DNA of 63,710 nucleotides, filler included, from Perkinsus olseni (Eukaryota): NCBI GenBank assembly GCA_013115125.1. It is 6 parts of 6 records of this genome, joined end to end, with 100 filler letters (N's around TTAATTAATTAA, not from the genome) between each part and the next. Parts side by side here need not be neighbours in the genome. Positions count along the whole stretch, not along the records: positions 24,339 to 36,355 come from JABANN010000807.1; positions 36,456 to 48,441 come from JABANN010000808.1; 4 more parts are not named here. One strand, 5' to 3'. Shown piece by piece: positions 26,131 to 38,105 of this stretch (position 1 is its first letter; each line of letters starts with the position of its first letter). The notes under the pieces were generated by a model. It saw only the letters and a program-made list of their open reading frames with translations, ran no database searches and was not told where the DNA came from. The position numbers and the translations under genes were made by a program.

Positions 26131-27429
26131 TCAAAGTAAAATAGGTATGTGGCGTTTCTCCCTACGTCGAGCCTTCGTCCAGGAGGTGTCCATTCGCTCC
26201 ACTCGCCACCTAGCATCTATCAAGGGCGTCGAAGGCTCTCGCCTGACGGCCAGCGTGCCATCGCCAGCCACCTCGCCAGAGTAAATAAAATGGTCATCGT
26301 AGGCCATCGCCTGGGGTGGCGCCGGTCGCCGGCCCCGCACCACCGGCACAGTGTTCACAGTACCACAGGTCTCGAAGTGGTCCTGTCGTCCTTTCAGTAT
26401 AGCATCACCATGGAACCTCTTACTACCCCACGACCGCGGATTCTCATCGGCAGCAGCATCATCGGCCGTCGGCCAATGGTCCGCCCACCCTTCCTGAAGC
26501 GGCGTGCCGAACCTCTTGTGTCCCACGGGCATATCCTCCCTGTTGGGAGTGCTGAGAGTATCAAAATGACCCATCAACATCAGCTGGCTTTGATGCCGCT
26601 TTTCTCCTCCGATAAACGCCGGCCTGTCCGACACTCCTACTGCCAGCATATGGTCATGCCAACCCTCATCTACCGATGACCCCAACAGCTTACCCTTCAC
26701 GACCGCCTCCACCTTGGGTTCGACAGTACCTTCGAAGTTATCCCGCCATCCCTCCTGAGTAGGGGACGCGTGGATCTTGCCCTTCACCATAGCCTCGACC
26801 GTCGGTTCAACAGTGCCCTCAAAATGATCGTGCCAGCCCTCTTGCGTGGCACCATGATGCAGCCTGCTGATCAACTTGGCCTTGGCATCTGTCTGAGCTG
26901 TTCCAATGTTATCAAAATGATCGTGGTAGCCAGCTATGGTAGGGGAGTGATGTAGCCTGCCCTCGACCCTGGGTTCGACCCTAACCGTCGACATGTCCTG
27001 AAAATGGTCTTCCCAACAACCCCGCTTTACAGGTTCCTCAGCCGGGGCCACGCTGCCCGTGTCAACCACATGATCACAGCAGACCGACTGCTGCTGCTCT
27101 GGAGCCCCTGGAGAAGGGTCTTCAACATCCCCGAACTTTATGGTACCCCTCAGCGTCTCCCAAGTCCTCTCGCTCTTCATCTTCCCTCTAGGCTTCTGCC
27201 TAGGTGTCTGACTCAGCCCTTCAGCCAGCATGTGGGTGCCCATCCACGGCGGGAGGGCAGCAGCACCCTCCTCCTCCCGGGTTGCTACAGCAGGAGTCCT
27301 CGTACGTTGTTCTTCAAAATCTTCCTCGGACACAGAAGCATCTAGGAACAGATTTTTGGGCTCATCATCTGAGCCAGCCTCCGTCTTTTCCGGGGGTAAC
27401 ACGACGAACTTGGGTCGCACAGAGGGCAA
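26131..27429 (-). CDS. Intronless 432-aa protein with ~10 [EG]W.DH[F] repeats
   Basis: Longest ORF in the window; repeated CWEDHF, GYHDHF, EGWHDHF, EGWRDNF, EGWHDHM, EGWADHW, GRQDHF, AYDDHF. Confidence 0.8.
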   Translation of the reverse strand: MPSVRPKFVVLPPEKTEAGSDDEPKNLFLDASVSEEDFEEQRTRTPAVATREEEGAAALPPWMGTHMLAEGLSQTPRQKPRGKMKSERTWETLRGTIKFGDVEDPSPGAPEQQQSVCCDHVVDTGSVAPAEEPVKRGCWEDHFQDMSTVRVEPRVEGRLHHSPTIAGYHDHFDNIGTAQTDAKAKLISRLHHGATQEGWHDHFEGTVEPTVEAMVKGKIHASPTQEGWRDNFEGTVEPKVEAVVKGKLLGSSVDEGWHDHMLAVGVSDRPAFIGGEKRHQSQLMLMGHFDTLSTPNREDMPVGHKRFGTPLQEGWADHWPTADDAAADENPRSWGSKRFHGDAILKGRQDHFETCGTVNTVPVVRGRRPAPPQAMAYDDHFIYSGEVAGDGTLAVRREPSTPLIDARWRVERMDTSWTKARRREKRHIPILL

Positions 27430-27675
27430 TGAGTCCTAAAGAAGCGACGATGCAAACACGATGGGCAAACTCTCGACCGCTCAAGCATCTCAGCACACAA
27501 CCATCGGCCGTCGCAAAACGCCGAATTCCGAGATCTAGAAAGAGCATCTTGCCGTTGCTCCCGGCCAGTAAAAAGAACCTCGTGAATACCCGAGGAAGAC
27601 GGCAGACCGCAGCCCGAACCGCGGTGACTATGTTTACTATGTTCACATTTCTGTTGACAATGATCTACTCGTCAA

Positions 27676-28182
27676 TCACCCCCTGACATCTTCAATCACC
27701 CTCACCTCAGCATCGGGTGCTAGACGGGAGAGCATGGCCCAGCGCCCGGTGCAATAAACGTTGTCTGGATACCCAAAGTCGGATAAGCTTCGACCAGACA
27801 GATGAGCTTGCAACTCCAGAATCCACCTGAGGGGAGCAAACCATAACCATAACCACACCACTCGAAAGGACGGAAGATCCCCTCCGCGAAGTAAGTGCCC
27901 GAGGGCTAACCTGATCGAGTCGGCATATCTCATGGGAATCCTCGAGCACTTCACGAAGGGTTCCACCAATGCCTTCAAGTCCTTAGCGCGTTGCTGCAGC
28001 CTGGCCGTGCTCAGGGGCTCGAGTTGGTCATACCTGACGATGAGGGGATACCCGAACGTCATCCGCAGCGGTCCGGACGTCCACAGCTTGACCGATCTCC
28101 CCCTCCACTGGATCTTGGTCTGGATGAGCTTCTCAGTCGGGCTGGTGATGGATGACGACAGAGGACAACATTCAGTGGTCAT
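27676..28182 (-). CDS. Hypothetical protein, spliced
   Basis: Open frame GYPLIVRYDQLEPLSTARLQQRAKDLK with an apparent GT-AG intron before RWILELQAHL. Confidence 0.45.
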   Translation of the reverse strand: MTTECCPLSSSITSPTEKLIQTKIQWRGRSVKLWTSGPLRMTFGYPLIVRYDQLEPLSTARLQQRAKDLKALVEPFVKCSRIPMRYADSIRLALGHLLRGGDLPSFRVVWLWLWFAPLRWILELQAHLSGRSLSDFGYPDNVYCTGRWAMLSRLAPDAEVRVIEDVRG

Positions 28183-28562
28183 AACGAGCTACCATCACTC
28201 TGGGAATAACACCACAGAGACATGCATGCGAGCGAGGGCAGGGCCACAGTAAAATTTCTCGTTAGAGGCGGAGAGAATGTATGAGGACTTCTCTTGACAG
28301 AGAGCAAGAGTTTTGCCGCGGAACTCACACCGGACGAAGTCTCTCAGATTCCCGTTTCACCGAGTCAGGTGTCGTTACAATATCTCTACTCTCAATGTTG
28401 CAGATCAGCTGTCTACAATTCTTGTAATCGGACTGCTAAACGGACATGAAGGCCCGACGCCCAAACACGACAAGGGCGGCTGTCGATCACGTGGGTGTAG
28501 AATCTGAAGGCCCAGACTAGTAGGCTTGACATTAGACACAACGAAGAAGTCACACGACCTCG

Positions 28563-28587
28563 TCATCATCATCATCATCATCATCAT
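28563..28587. repeat. (TCA)n microsatellite
   Basis: Direct reading. Confidence 0.9.
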
Positions 28588-29082
28588 TCAGGGTCTCAAT
28601 CATTCCGTAGCTTCCTGCTGCTGGTGCTGGTGCTGGACAAGGACAATGTGCTTTGAAATGCTACACAAAGTAGAATAGCCATAGTCATAGCAATGGACAC
28701 TCCCCGCGCTGTGGTCCACGACACATGCCTGAGGTAAGTGCCCATACCACACCTCTCCCAACTCGTATGAGCACGCGATAGTTCGATGGTGACGATTAAC
28801 CCGACCAAGCTATGAATGTTTGGGATGCTGATCACAACCCCACGTACAAGAAACCGACAGATAATAGATTAAAGGGCGAGCGGAAGGGGCGAAGCATAGA
28901 TGTGCCCGTAGTTGCGAGTTCAAATAGTTACCCACGACCATATTGATTGAGCGTATACCATTCGAAAGCGCGCAGTTCTCGTCTCCTATGGAATATAGGA
29001 AGTCGCTTTTGCTCCAATTCTACCAGCGAAAATACGGGAAAAAAGGCATTGCCGGGGTTAGAACCCGGATGCGTCGTACTTC

Positions 29083-30600
29083 GGTTATCCGTTACGGAGG
29101 TCAAGTATTGTACTGTTGGACATGAACGTACCAAAGCTACTGGACAACACTATAGACCACCTACCCTTCCTCGTAGGCAATACCAGTGCCCAGCATGATC
29201 AGGAACAATAACGTAACATGGGCATACCTAATAGGAAGGTATCCAAGGTCGACCCCTGCATATCACAGAATACTTACTTTCCCCCGGGTGAGTGCTCACT
29301 CGGTATTCCCGTTTTGAATAGGATATCCCAACCGTTAAAGATGAAAGCAAAGTTCCTCCGCGTATTAGTAGAATGATGGAGATCATGAACCTGTGGGAAG
29401 ATTCCCATCTCAACTTACCCGAGCCAGACCCGGAGGCCTGGCCAAGGACTGGAGCGAGAATCTTAGGTCGAAGAGCGTCCAAAACAGAAACAAAGATACG
29501 CCCCGTTCCTTACCGCAGCTCCCCCGCCCAGATCAAATGGCAGTAGGTTGTACGGTGCCCACCTGAAGAGGGCATGGAGCGGTACTACTACGAGGAAATC
29601 GATGCACTCACCACACGTCATGGCCGCTATGCTCCTCTATCAGATTCAAAGTCCATATGAAAGTGAAAGCATTCACCGTTAGCCAATGGCATTGGAACAG
29701 CCACGGATACCATATGTTGCACGCAACCACACAAATCTAGGAGAGGGGGGTCAGAAGGAGGGGAGAGGAGGATGAGGGCTCTTACGTCCTCCATAGGGTG
29801 TAGGATACCCCCTGCCCAGCTATACACGGCCCGATAACCATGGTGTACACAATGGACGTTATGTAGCAAGAAGGGTATTGCATGCATCATCCTATGGTAC
29901 CAGTAGATACAGAAGTCTCCAACGATCTGAGGGACGAGACAGACGTCGCCGCCGCTGGACGAAGGGTCCGCAGCCTACGAGGCAGACGAGCAGCTCTTTC
30001 GTGAAGTGCAACAGACTGGGGGCTTCGCGCGGCAGCTCGACGTAGACTTCAAGATAATACCACAGCACCCCGTTAATGACGAAGTAGATGGTGGTCTGAG
30101 CACACAGCAGTCCAGCCGCCAATACCACACCGATCGTAACACTTGTGGGATGGAGCTAATGATGAGGTCTCTCGTCGTTGGCCACTTGGTAGGCTGAACA
30201 GAACGTCCCCTGGACGAAGTCGAGGAACGTCCCTTATCGCCCCTACCTGGATCTTCGATCGCATCACGTGAGGGATATCATAGAAAATTGTGAAATAGAG
30301 ACAGACGAGTACGAAGGCCACACTCGCCCAAACCTGACAAGACCCCAGGTTCGATCCCCGGTCATGACATCTCTACCTTACCGACGGGAATATAATGTGA
30401 GACACTACATGCATGCCCTGCCATCGGTCAAGGCCTCTCACTTGGTCCCACACGCTCTGCAGTACCGGCTGGACGCCGCCCGTCGCCATCGCTACACGGA
30501 AGAACCACTTATCACCCTCAAACCACAATCAACATCCCGGGGAACGGCAACCCAAGGCCAAGAGTAGGAGGGACATCTATTGGTAAAGGCACACGAGGCA
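29083..30600 (-). CDS. Sterol desaturase/CH25H-like protein, copy 2; ends approximate
   Basis: PVLQSVWDQVR, ELPREAPSL, YWYHRMMH, HCVHH, VHDLHHSTNTRRNFAFIFNGWDILFKT. Confidence 0.85.
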
Positions 30601-30626
30601 GGCATGGTATGAGCATATCGCGGACA

Positions 30627-31800
30627 GCTACTCCTCTTTCCATCGGGCTGTCTTCACCCGCTCATTATATTCTAACCGAGTTTGGCAAGGGACGCCACCT
30701 TGCACCTGTAAAAAAACGACCTCCCCGAGGATCGAACCCGGGACCTTCTGCTTACCGTTAAGAATGTATCCTCATTAGTACCAGTGGGACTAATTCGAAG
30801 ACTCTTCCCTCTTACACTATCCCTTATCGCTCGCACATTATCCTCGTACGTTACGTCCATATAACTAAGCCGTGAGAATTTCACAAGTACCACAATTCCC
30901 CCTCCTCACGTTCGATAACAACTGTTGACCTCCTGCAACTCCAACACCGGCATACCCTTTCTCGGACTCACCGTCGCATACGGACACCCTGCGGACCACT
31001 CAACCCGTGCCCGCTAGAAGATACTCACCTGCAGTGCTCGCCATCGGTGGAGGCGCGTTGGGATCCTTGACCCTCGACCCCTCGAACGGGTCCCCCTTGC
31101 CCTCCCCTTCCCCATACCAACCACCGATAGTTTCCTACACGTCCACTCAGCGCGATGAGACCTCGGCGATGTACTACCCGATACAGGCTCGCGGGGGTGG
31201 CGTCCGAGTCCACGAAAGGCACTTGGCTTTCCGTTGCGTCGAAGCTCATTGGGATCTTCACAACTCGTGCGCCCGCCACTGGTCGACCCTAGATTCCCGG
31301 ATGACCAGAGGGGAGCTCCCGAGGACCCTCACCTGAGAATTCTTCCCCGTGCGCCGCACGGCCATCCAATCCTCGAAGTCCCTTCTGTAGAGGGACCTGA
31401 GCATCGGTTACCACAATATCCAAGGTTAAAGCTGGTGTAACTCACGTCAAAAGATCCTTCCGTACAGCCGCAGCATCGACCCCTGGCGAGAGCATCTTAC
31501 TATAGCCAGACGAAGCCGCGGATGATGATGACGACCTTCTCCTCGCTCTCCTGCATGAAGTAAAGATACGCACCCTTCCATCACGATACTTCCTACCTGT
31601 GACGCTGTTGACTGCCCTCACCTCGATGACTCCGGTGGCCCTACAAGAAAGGACAATACCACAGCAACAGACGGAATAAAAGATACTCCCTCGGGCACTT
31701 CACTTCTACATCGGCTACTCCTCGCCTTCCGATGATGATGGTGACGATGGTGATGATGATGACGGGGCCTGTGGGAGAGTAACTGAGTCGTCCCCAAAGA
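30627..31800 (-). CDS. Hypothetical multi-exon protein; start approximate
   Basis: Splicing 30706-30755 joins ...TNEDTFLT|VQGGVPCQTRLEYNERVKTARWKEE*; several GT-AG bounded exons lie upstream. Confidence 0.45.
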
Positions 31801-32019
31801 GCCCTAACGCTAGTACTGTTCCCCAAAGGACCTGCCACGGTCTATCCTGTCGTTGAGAACCTCACTGAGAGGCGGTGATGGTGGCAACTCCGCCATGGTG
31901 AAGACGGGAAGACGGATCTTGCGCGAGCACAGCGGTAAGCATAATCGATTAGAATGGCGCGCGCTAATAACACAGCGCACTTTGAACAGTTTCCTTCCAC
32001 TAACGTTCGCTGTCTTTCG

Positions 32020-35000
32020 TATGTCACTGTCCTTTGGTGGAGGCGGGTACCCTGCCCGTCACGATATTTCTCATCACTTTAATACGTGCTTGAAGGCCAC
32101 GCACGGTCTTTATGTCGGGGGAGGATATAACGATCCGTATGTCCATCTTCCGACTAGCTCCGTATCTAACATTCTTCAACCTAAGATACTTTCCAAGATT
32201 CACTCGACTCCCTAACAACTGGCGAGGAAAGCTTTTAAGAGAAGGGGCTGACAGTGAGGTCCATCCCAACCTCGACTTGTATCTTTCCTGCATCAACCTC
32301 AGATGCCGAATGGCGCGGCCGTAGTCTGTTCCGAGACACCATGGCTAGCAGGCGGTGCGAATCGCCCGTTCCCTGCGGGTCAACTGGCGATGGCGACCAG
32401 GGCTTCGACCTGACGAGGGGCATGTGGTGCTGCTCCCTGCCTCAGTCACCCTCGGTAAAGCTCCCAACGCGTATTATTCCCTAATTGGCATCGTGCAGTT
32501 ACTTCGGTCTAGGAGTTCCCCTCACTTCCCTGTTCATCATGATCAAGTTGGTTGAACTATTACACCAGATGTGGTCTTGCTAACGATGTATCGTGTTGTA
32601 CCTACTATTCAATCATCGGAAACCCCCCTCCCCAGCTGCCAAACTCCCCTTCGAACGATTCTCAACAAAAACTTCCCGGGCGTTGAGACCCCCTCAGCGT
32701 GAAGGATACGATGGACCGTACGTCAAAAGCAACATCAGGAGAGTTCAAAAATCCCTGCATAGATGCGAACGCGTTGACGGGCATACCACGCGAGCTTCAC
32801 CCCTAAGTGGGGTGATTGAAACTAATCCGCGACTAATTTCGTCTGCCGAATTCTGGTCAGCCTCGCGAGAAATATCGTCTCGAAATTTCTGTCTGGAAAA
32901 AAACTGTCTGAAATCTCACTTCCGCATCGAAGTTCTCAGACTGGGATCATACAGGGTGTTTGGTGATCTAGGACCCTGTGTGATCACACCACCGAACCCT
33001 GCTCCCTTGCCAAGCTCGATACTATTAACAAGACACACTGGAGAGGAGAAGCACCGTGCTGAGGACATGGTTCATCTACGACGATCGACGCAACGATGGT
33101 GGGGGCAATCGATATCTTGGCCGTCGCTTCATCAGCAGAAACCTCCCTTCACTCATGCCGAGGAACTCCACCGAAGGGTCGGCCTGACAAATGACAACGA
33201 TCATGAATCCACCGACGCAAGTGCGGCTACATCGATCGCCGGTGGATCGACACGATAGACGACATTAGCGAGGTGAAAGGGGAGAATCTGAACGGAACGG
33301 CCGAGAAGGACCTCCCTTTCAAGGAGGCCCTCATACATGCTGGAACCCTTGCGTGAGGGGGTCGGAGCATATCACACCTAGGAGTTGCCATACGGAAGCT
33401 CCAGGGCACGCCAGGACCGTCGGACCTGGGACTAAGTGAAATGGGTGAGAACCGATACTGTCGAGGCACCGATGAGCTTAGCCAGTTTGTCTTCATGAGC
33501 GATGAGCCCTGGTCTGTTGTAGGTTGGAATGCGACGATGCTGTCTGTAGCGGTACTCGAGATCAAACACGAGGTCATCACTGATCATCCTGAAGGAGAGA
33601 CGATTGTCCCGGCTCCGACGCGCCGTTGGATGGCGCGAGGAAATGAAACCTCAACCATCCCGTCTTCTGAAGGGCTCCTAGTTCTACAGTACAGGATGCT
33701 CATTTCGTGGCCCCCTGAACGAGGGACGCTCGTGCGCCGCCTTGTGAGAAGGGCAAAGCGTAAATGGTTAATACTATTAACGAAATGAAGACTTGCCCAA
33801 AGTAGGGCATATCAACTTACTAATAACTCGTAGTTGAGTGAGGCCTTCGCCCTTCACGGCTGCCATTCCCGTGACATCACTAAGTGCGACCCTTCCGAGC
33901 GAGATCTCTCCGACGAGGGACAGAGGAGACCCTTTAGCCTTACAGACTGGCCTTGATGTTCGGCACCTCCACCATCGTGTGTGGCTGTTCGGCTGCATCA
34001 AAGACCTGCATGTTTGGGTCCCCTGAACACATCATTCGAGTGTCGACACCGTTGGCTCGCCGCCTACCGTAGGTGACCTGCTCGTAGACGCAGCGAGCGC
34101 CGCGTATCTTGAATATGAGCTTGTAGCGTCTGGCACTATCCACTGCGATGCTGCTGTGGAGTATCTTAGGTTGATCATGGCGATCGGCAGAAGACCTTCC
34201 ATCATCCGAGTGGAAGTGCCCGCGTTCCCAAGATTCTCATCTTCACCGGTTCATGCATGTTCGCCGAATCTCGAGACACTAATTGCCCTCCGACCCAGCA
34301 TGAATACCATAAAAAGCAGGAGGGCATCGAGGATGGTTGAAGAAAATAACATTACCATCGCCACCCGATCGGCATACCTGTACAGCCCCCATGAGGTCCT
34401 TCAGTATCTTCACCGCCTGTCCCGGCAAATGGACAGCATTGAGCAGACGTAGAAACCTCTGCCGCAGCGCTTCGACCTGCCAATGCCCAAAGCTGCTGGG
34501 AGGTGGAGTATCTTAGCTTCACTTTGACATGGGACGAACTGCCAGCCCTATTCTCCACCACTCTGTTGTAGAAGGCGCTCATATCCTCAAAATACGCACT
34601 CTCCACGCCCACAGCGTCGTGGTCGACCTCGTAAGGCGTCTCATCGCTCCAGTCGGACTCAGTATCATCACCGATACCCCCGCTACGATCTGAGACCACC
34701 AACTTTCACTACGTTCCCTGAACACTACGTTCGTCATCGCTGAGCCGAGAAATCTTTCACAGGAGAAGCGTTCGGAAATTTCCCCCTTTCGCTGACAGAA
34801 ATAGAGCAGCTGCTCGTCCCCAATGGCGATTCGCATCAGATGGCACACGGCCAGCAGGTCAACGGCCCACCCTTTCTGTTTCTCTTGTCCAACCTCTCCT
34901 CAGCATTCATCAGATCCTCCTTGGTCATCGAAATCTCATGGTGGGGAGTTGGTGAGAACATAGCGAGGTGCCGACAACACGAAGCTTCACAGCGGACAGC

Positions 35001-36300
35001 TGCCGACCTCTATGGGACCGCACCCCTCGACGCGCTTCAGGGTAATTTAGCACTGCCCGCGATGGCGTTGCTCGCTAACGAGTCAGACTCTCCCTGGGAA
35101 GAGGAAACCTCAAAGGTAGGCGGGATGGGCCTTTTTTTGAGAGGAAACTGAATCATGCACTTCTCGCATGGTAGAATATCCGAACTTGAGAGGTTCATCA
35201 ATGGCCCCAACCAGGCGAGCACTGGTTATGGGGCAATCCATCAGGATATCGATAGCTACCCAATATGTTGGTGGGGGAGCACTAACGATAGCAGGACCAG
35301 TTCCCGATTGACGAAACGCGATAGGCTGGAGAGAGGCAATCTATGAAAAGGGGAACTCATAAGGATCGAACAGCGTGTACGCATGTACATTGGGGCGGCG
35401 AACCCTAACAGCTCTACCAGCAACTCTAACACCCGCAAGGCGGCATCGCCCTGCAAGCGGAAACTGCTTCTACTACTAGCTGAGTTATAATCAGTAATAC
35501 AATACGATTGCACTTCCGAAATGCCGCTGAGTGAACACATAAGAAACACGGGGCCCTTCATGGGGCATTGCTGAAAGCTGATTACTCCCGCGGGCTCACG
35601 GGTTGAAAAGTACAGACTACAGAGATGCTGTAATAAAAGGGACCCACTCACGAGGGCAGTCCCTCGGGCAAGGCGAATCATTCAGTGAAGGATATGCACG
35701 AGTGAGGTCCGGCATCCCCATATCGTCAATAAGCCGATCACGAACGATTCACAATGGTGGTAGCGGAAGACTGAAGCTCCGTACTCGAACAGGATAAGGG
35801 TGAGCAGTGGAGGATTGATATCCAAGCGCACGGAGAATTAGAGAAGCATCACAGATGGCGGCCTCCGGGACTTCACTTGAAGGACAGCCATCGTTCCTCA
35901 GTGATTGTAAGAATGCCGGTAATGTATAGACACCCTCGCTCATGGCCTTGATTTCGATGCCACCGGTTGACAACACACCATCAAAATTACACGTGGTGTT
36001 CGAAGAGCCCGTGAAGGCGGGCGTCGGACGCAACTCGGCGTCTACGATTGTCAGATCTAACCATAGTCCGCTCCTGATTCTCAAGTTTATGGTTCCTCGT
36101 ACAGAGTCCCACACGCCGTCAGACTCCAAAGTGAGCAAACCGCACCAAACGCTGTGGTCCATGGTGACACTCTCCACTGAAATCTGCAATACCGAAGGAA
36201 GGGCATATTCAATAAGCAGTAAGTTCCAGTGTACAGCAGGGCGAAGGCTAATGGCAATCCGCAAAGGACGGCCCAAGTGACAATAAAACGCTCGCTAACG
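32020..36300 (-). CDS. One or more hypothetical multi-exon genes
   Basis: Protein-like minus-strand ORFs at 32024-32296, 33940-34143, 34352-34702 and 35749-36276 with splice-like ends; no family recognised. Confidence 0.35.
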
Positions 36301-36355
36301 TGCCAGACCCGGATCCTCTACCTTGGGAGAGTGCGGATCACGGAGCTGAACGTAG

Positions 36356-36455
36356 NNNNNNNNNNNNNNNNNNNNNNNNNNNNNNNNNNNNNNNNNNNNT
36401 TAATTAATTAANNNNNNNNNNNNNNNNNNNNNNNNNNNNNNNNNNNNNNNNNNNN
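36356..36455. other. Artificial contig linker
   Basis: N44-TTAATTAATTAA-N44. Confidence 0.99.
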
Positions 36456-36486
36456 GCGTAAGCGTCGGCACTAGCGCCGCAGGCGA

Positions 36487-36650
36487 GCGCTTGCTTCGTC
36501 TCCGTATTTGCACCACTCTACACTGCGCTTGCTTCGTCTCTGTATGTGCACCACTCTACACTGCGCTTGCTTCGTCTCTGTATTTGCACCACTCTACACT
36601 GCGCTTGCTTCGTCTCTGTATTTGCACCACTCTACACTGCGCGGGCTTCG
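36487..36650. repeat. Minisatellite, 38-bp unit x4 plus partial
   Basis: GCGCTTGCTTCGTCTCTGTATTTGCACCACTCTACACT at 36487, 36525, 36563 and 36601, head to tail. Confidence 0.97.
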
Positions 36651-37784
36651 TGTAGTTCGTCAAACACATTGACAACGCAATCGCAAGATGCTCCTTACAG
36701 CCTAGTATGTAGACATCATGTCTGAGATTTACTTCGAGCCACGGAGGAAAAAACGGGGACAAATTGTGCCCGTGGTCTTTCCAACATATGATGAGCCATC
36801 ATATCCACTGACAAGCATACTCGAAAAAATCAGCGTCGTAGACTTTTAGTAACACAAAGCTCCGCTAAAAAGTTCCCTGAAAAAGGGCTTCGCCGAAGCT
36901 CTTGACTTTTTTAACTGAGCACAAAGATTCGCGAGTCCAACTGAGACACCACGATTTTTGCTTCTTCGTGAAGAAGATGTTTTCACTATCACTATCACTC
37001 TCATCGACTTCTGTAACAGAAGTCCTGTTTGGTACTCCCAAGCGAGGGTATTGGCGCCTCGAGTAATCTACGAGTGCAAGCCGCTCAGTACTGAGCTCGA
37101 CAAGCTCGGCTCGACGTGAGGTTGGCTGATTGTCACAATCAGATTGTGCGATTTCTAGCAGCCCGTAAGTAACAGAGGAAATCATGGAAACCTTCTTGTC
37201 TACTCGAGTAGTATCTTAAGTTTGGTCGCACCGAGTCACACGGAGGTAGGATACCGCAGGCCACTGAGGACGCTCTGGAGATGTTAGAAAATTAACATGA
37301 ATCGAGAGATATACCAGAATGGTTAGGGTTGCTAACCACCTCAACATCACAACAACGATGCGGTAACAGTCCACTGAGGGTTTGTCAAACTTGGCTCGAA
37401 TCTCCTGTTTGAATGAACGAATGCCCGACGCCAACTCATAGAGCTCTCACGTTTAGTCAGCTCCATCTGCGGTACAAGGATCCTCTTGCGCCATATACTG
37501 ATTTTCGTCTGACGCCGTGAATGTGTGCGGCACGAGTGAGTCGATTTCTGTCTATAACTGACGACTTCGTCGTCAATGATCGCAATGACATTCATCAGCG
37601 CCGAAAGGGTTCATCTTCGAGACCTCTGAGGGCATAACCGCCAGTGACGACTCTAGGGCCATCGCTTCCGCTCAAAGTCGATTTCCTTCTTCAGGGCTCG
37701 GCCCGTGGCGCATCTCTATTGGTCTCACCACGTTTCGGGCGGTAGAGGATTTCCAATTCCCCCCGCTACATCTCAGATCTCACA

Positions 37785-38105
37785 ATGCCACCTCTACGAG
37801 CATTTTTAATCGCCTGCGTGATTTGCACCGTGCATGGAAGGACAGGTAAACCAAGTTTGAGGGAGAGGCTGCCGAAGGGCATATCCTGCGCGTTGGACTC
37901 TCTGGGGCGCTGCTTGCCGTCCATCACGAGGAGAAGACCTTACGAAGAGTTTGACAACGATGATGCTCCAGGAGGGGCATCTTCTATCGACAAAGAGCTG
38001 CAGCCAGAAAGTGCCGACCAGTTCCATACTTTGAGCGACGATCGCTATACCCAGCCGTCACTGTTCGCTGTTGACGACTATGGTAGCACGAGAAAAACGC
38101 AGTGA
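37785..38105 (+). CDS. Small secreted hypothetical protein (106 aa)
   Basis: ATG plus signal peptide MPPLRAFLIACVICTVHG. Confidence 0.55.
   Translation: MPPLRAFLIACVICTVHGRTGKPSLRERLPKGISCALDSLGRCLPSITRRRPYEEFDNDDAPGGASSIDKELQPESADQFHTLSDDRYTQPSLFAVDDYGSTRKTQ

Noticed and set aside
26965-26985. CCTGGGTTCGACCC as a tRNA-half cassette
   Set aside because: Inside the 432-aa ORF (RVEPRVE); similar coding hits at ~8150, ~26715 and ~57001 were also excluded.
36487-36650. 38-bp repeats as a CRISPR array
   Set aside because: Units are head to tail with no spacers, no cas genes are present, and the context is eukaryotic.
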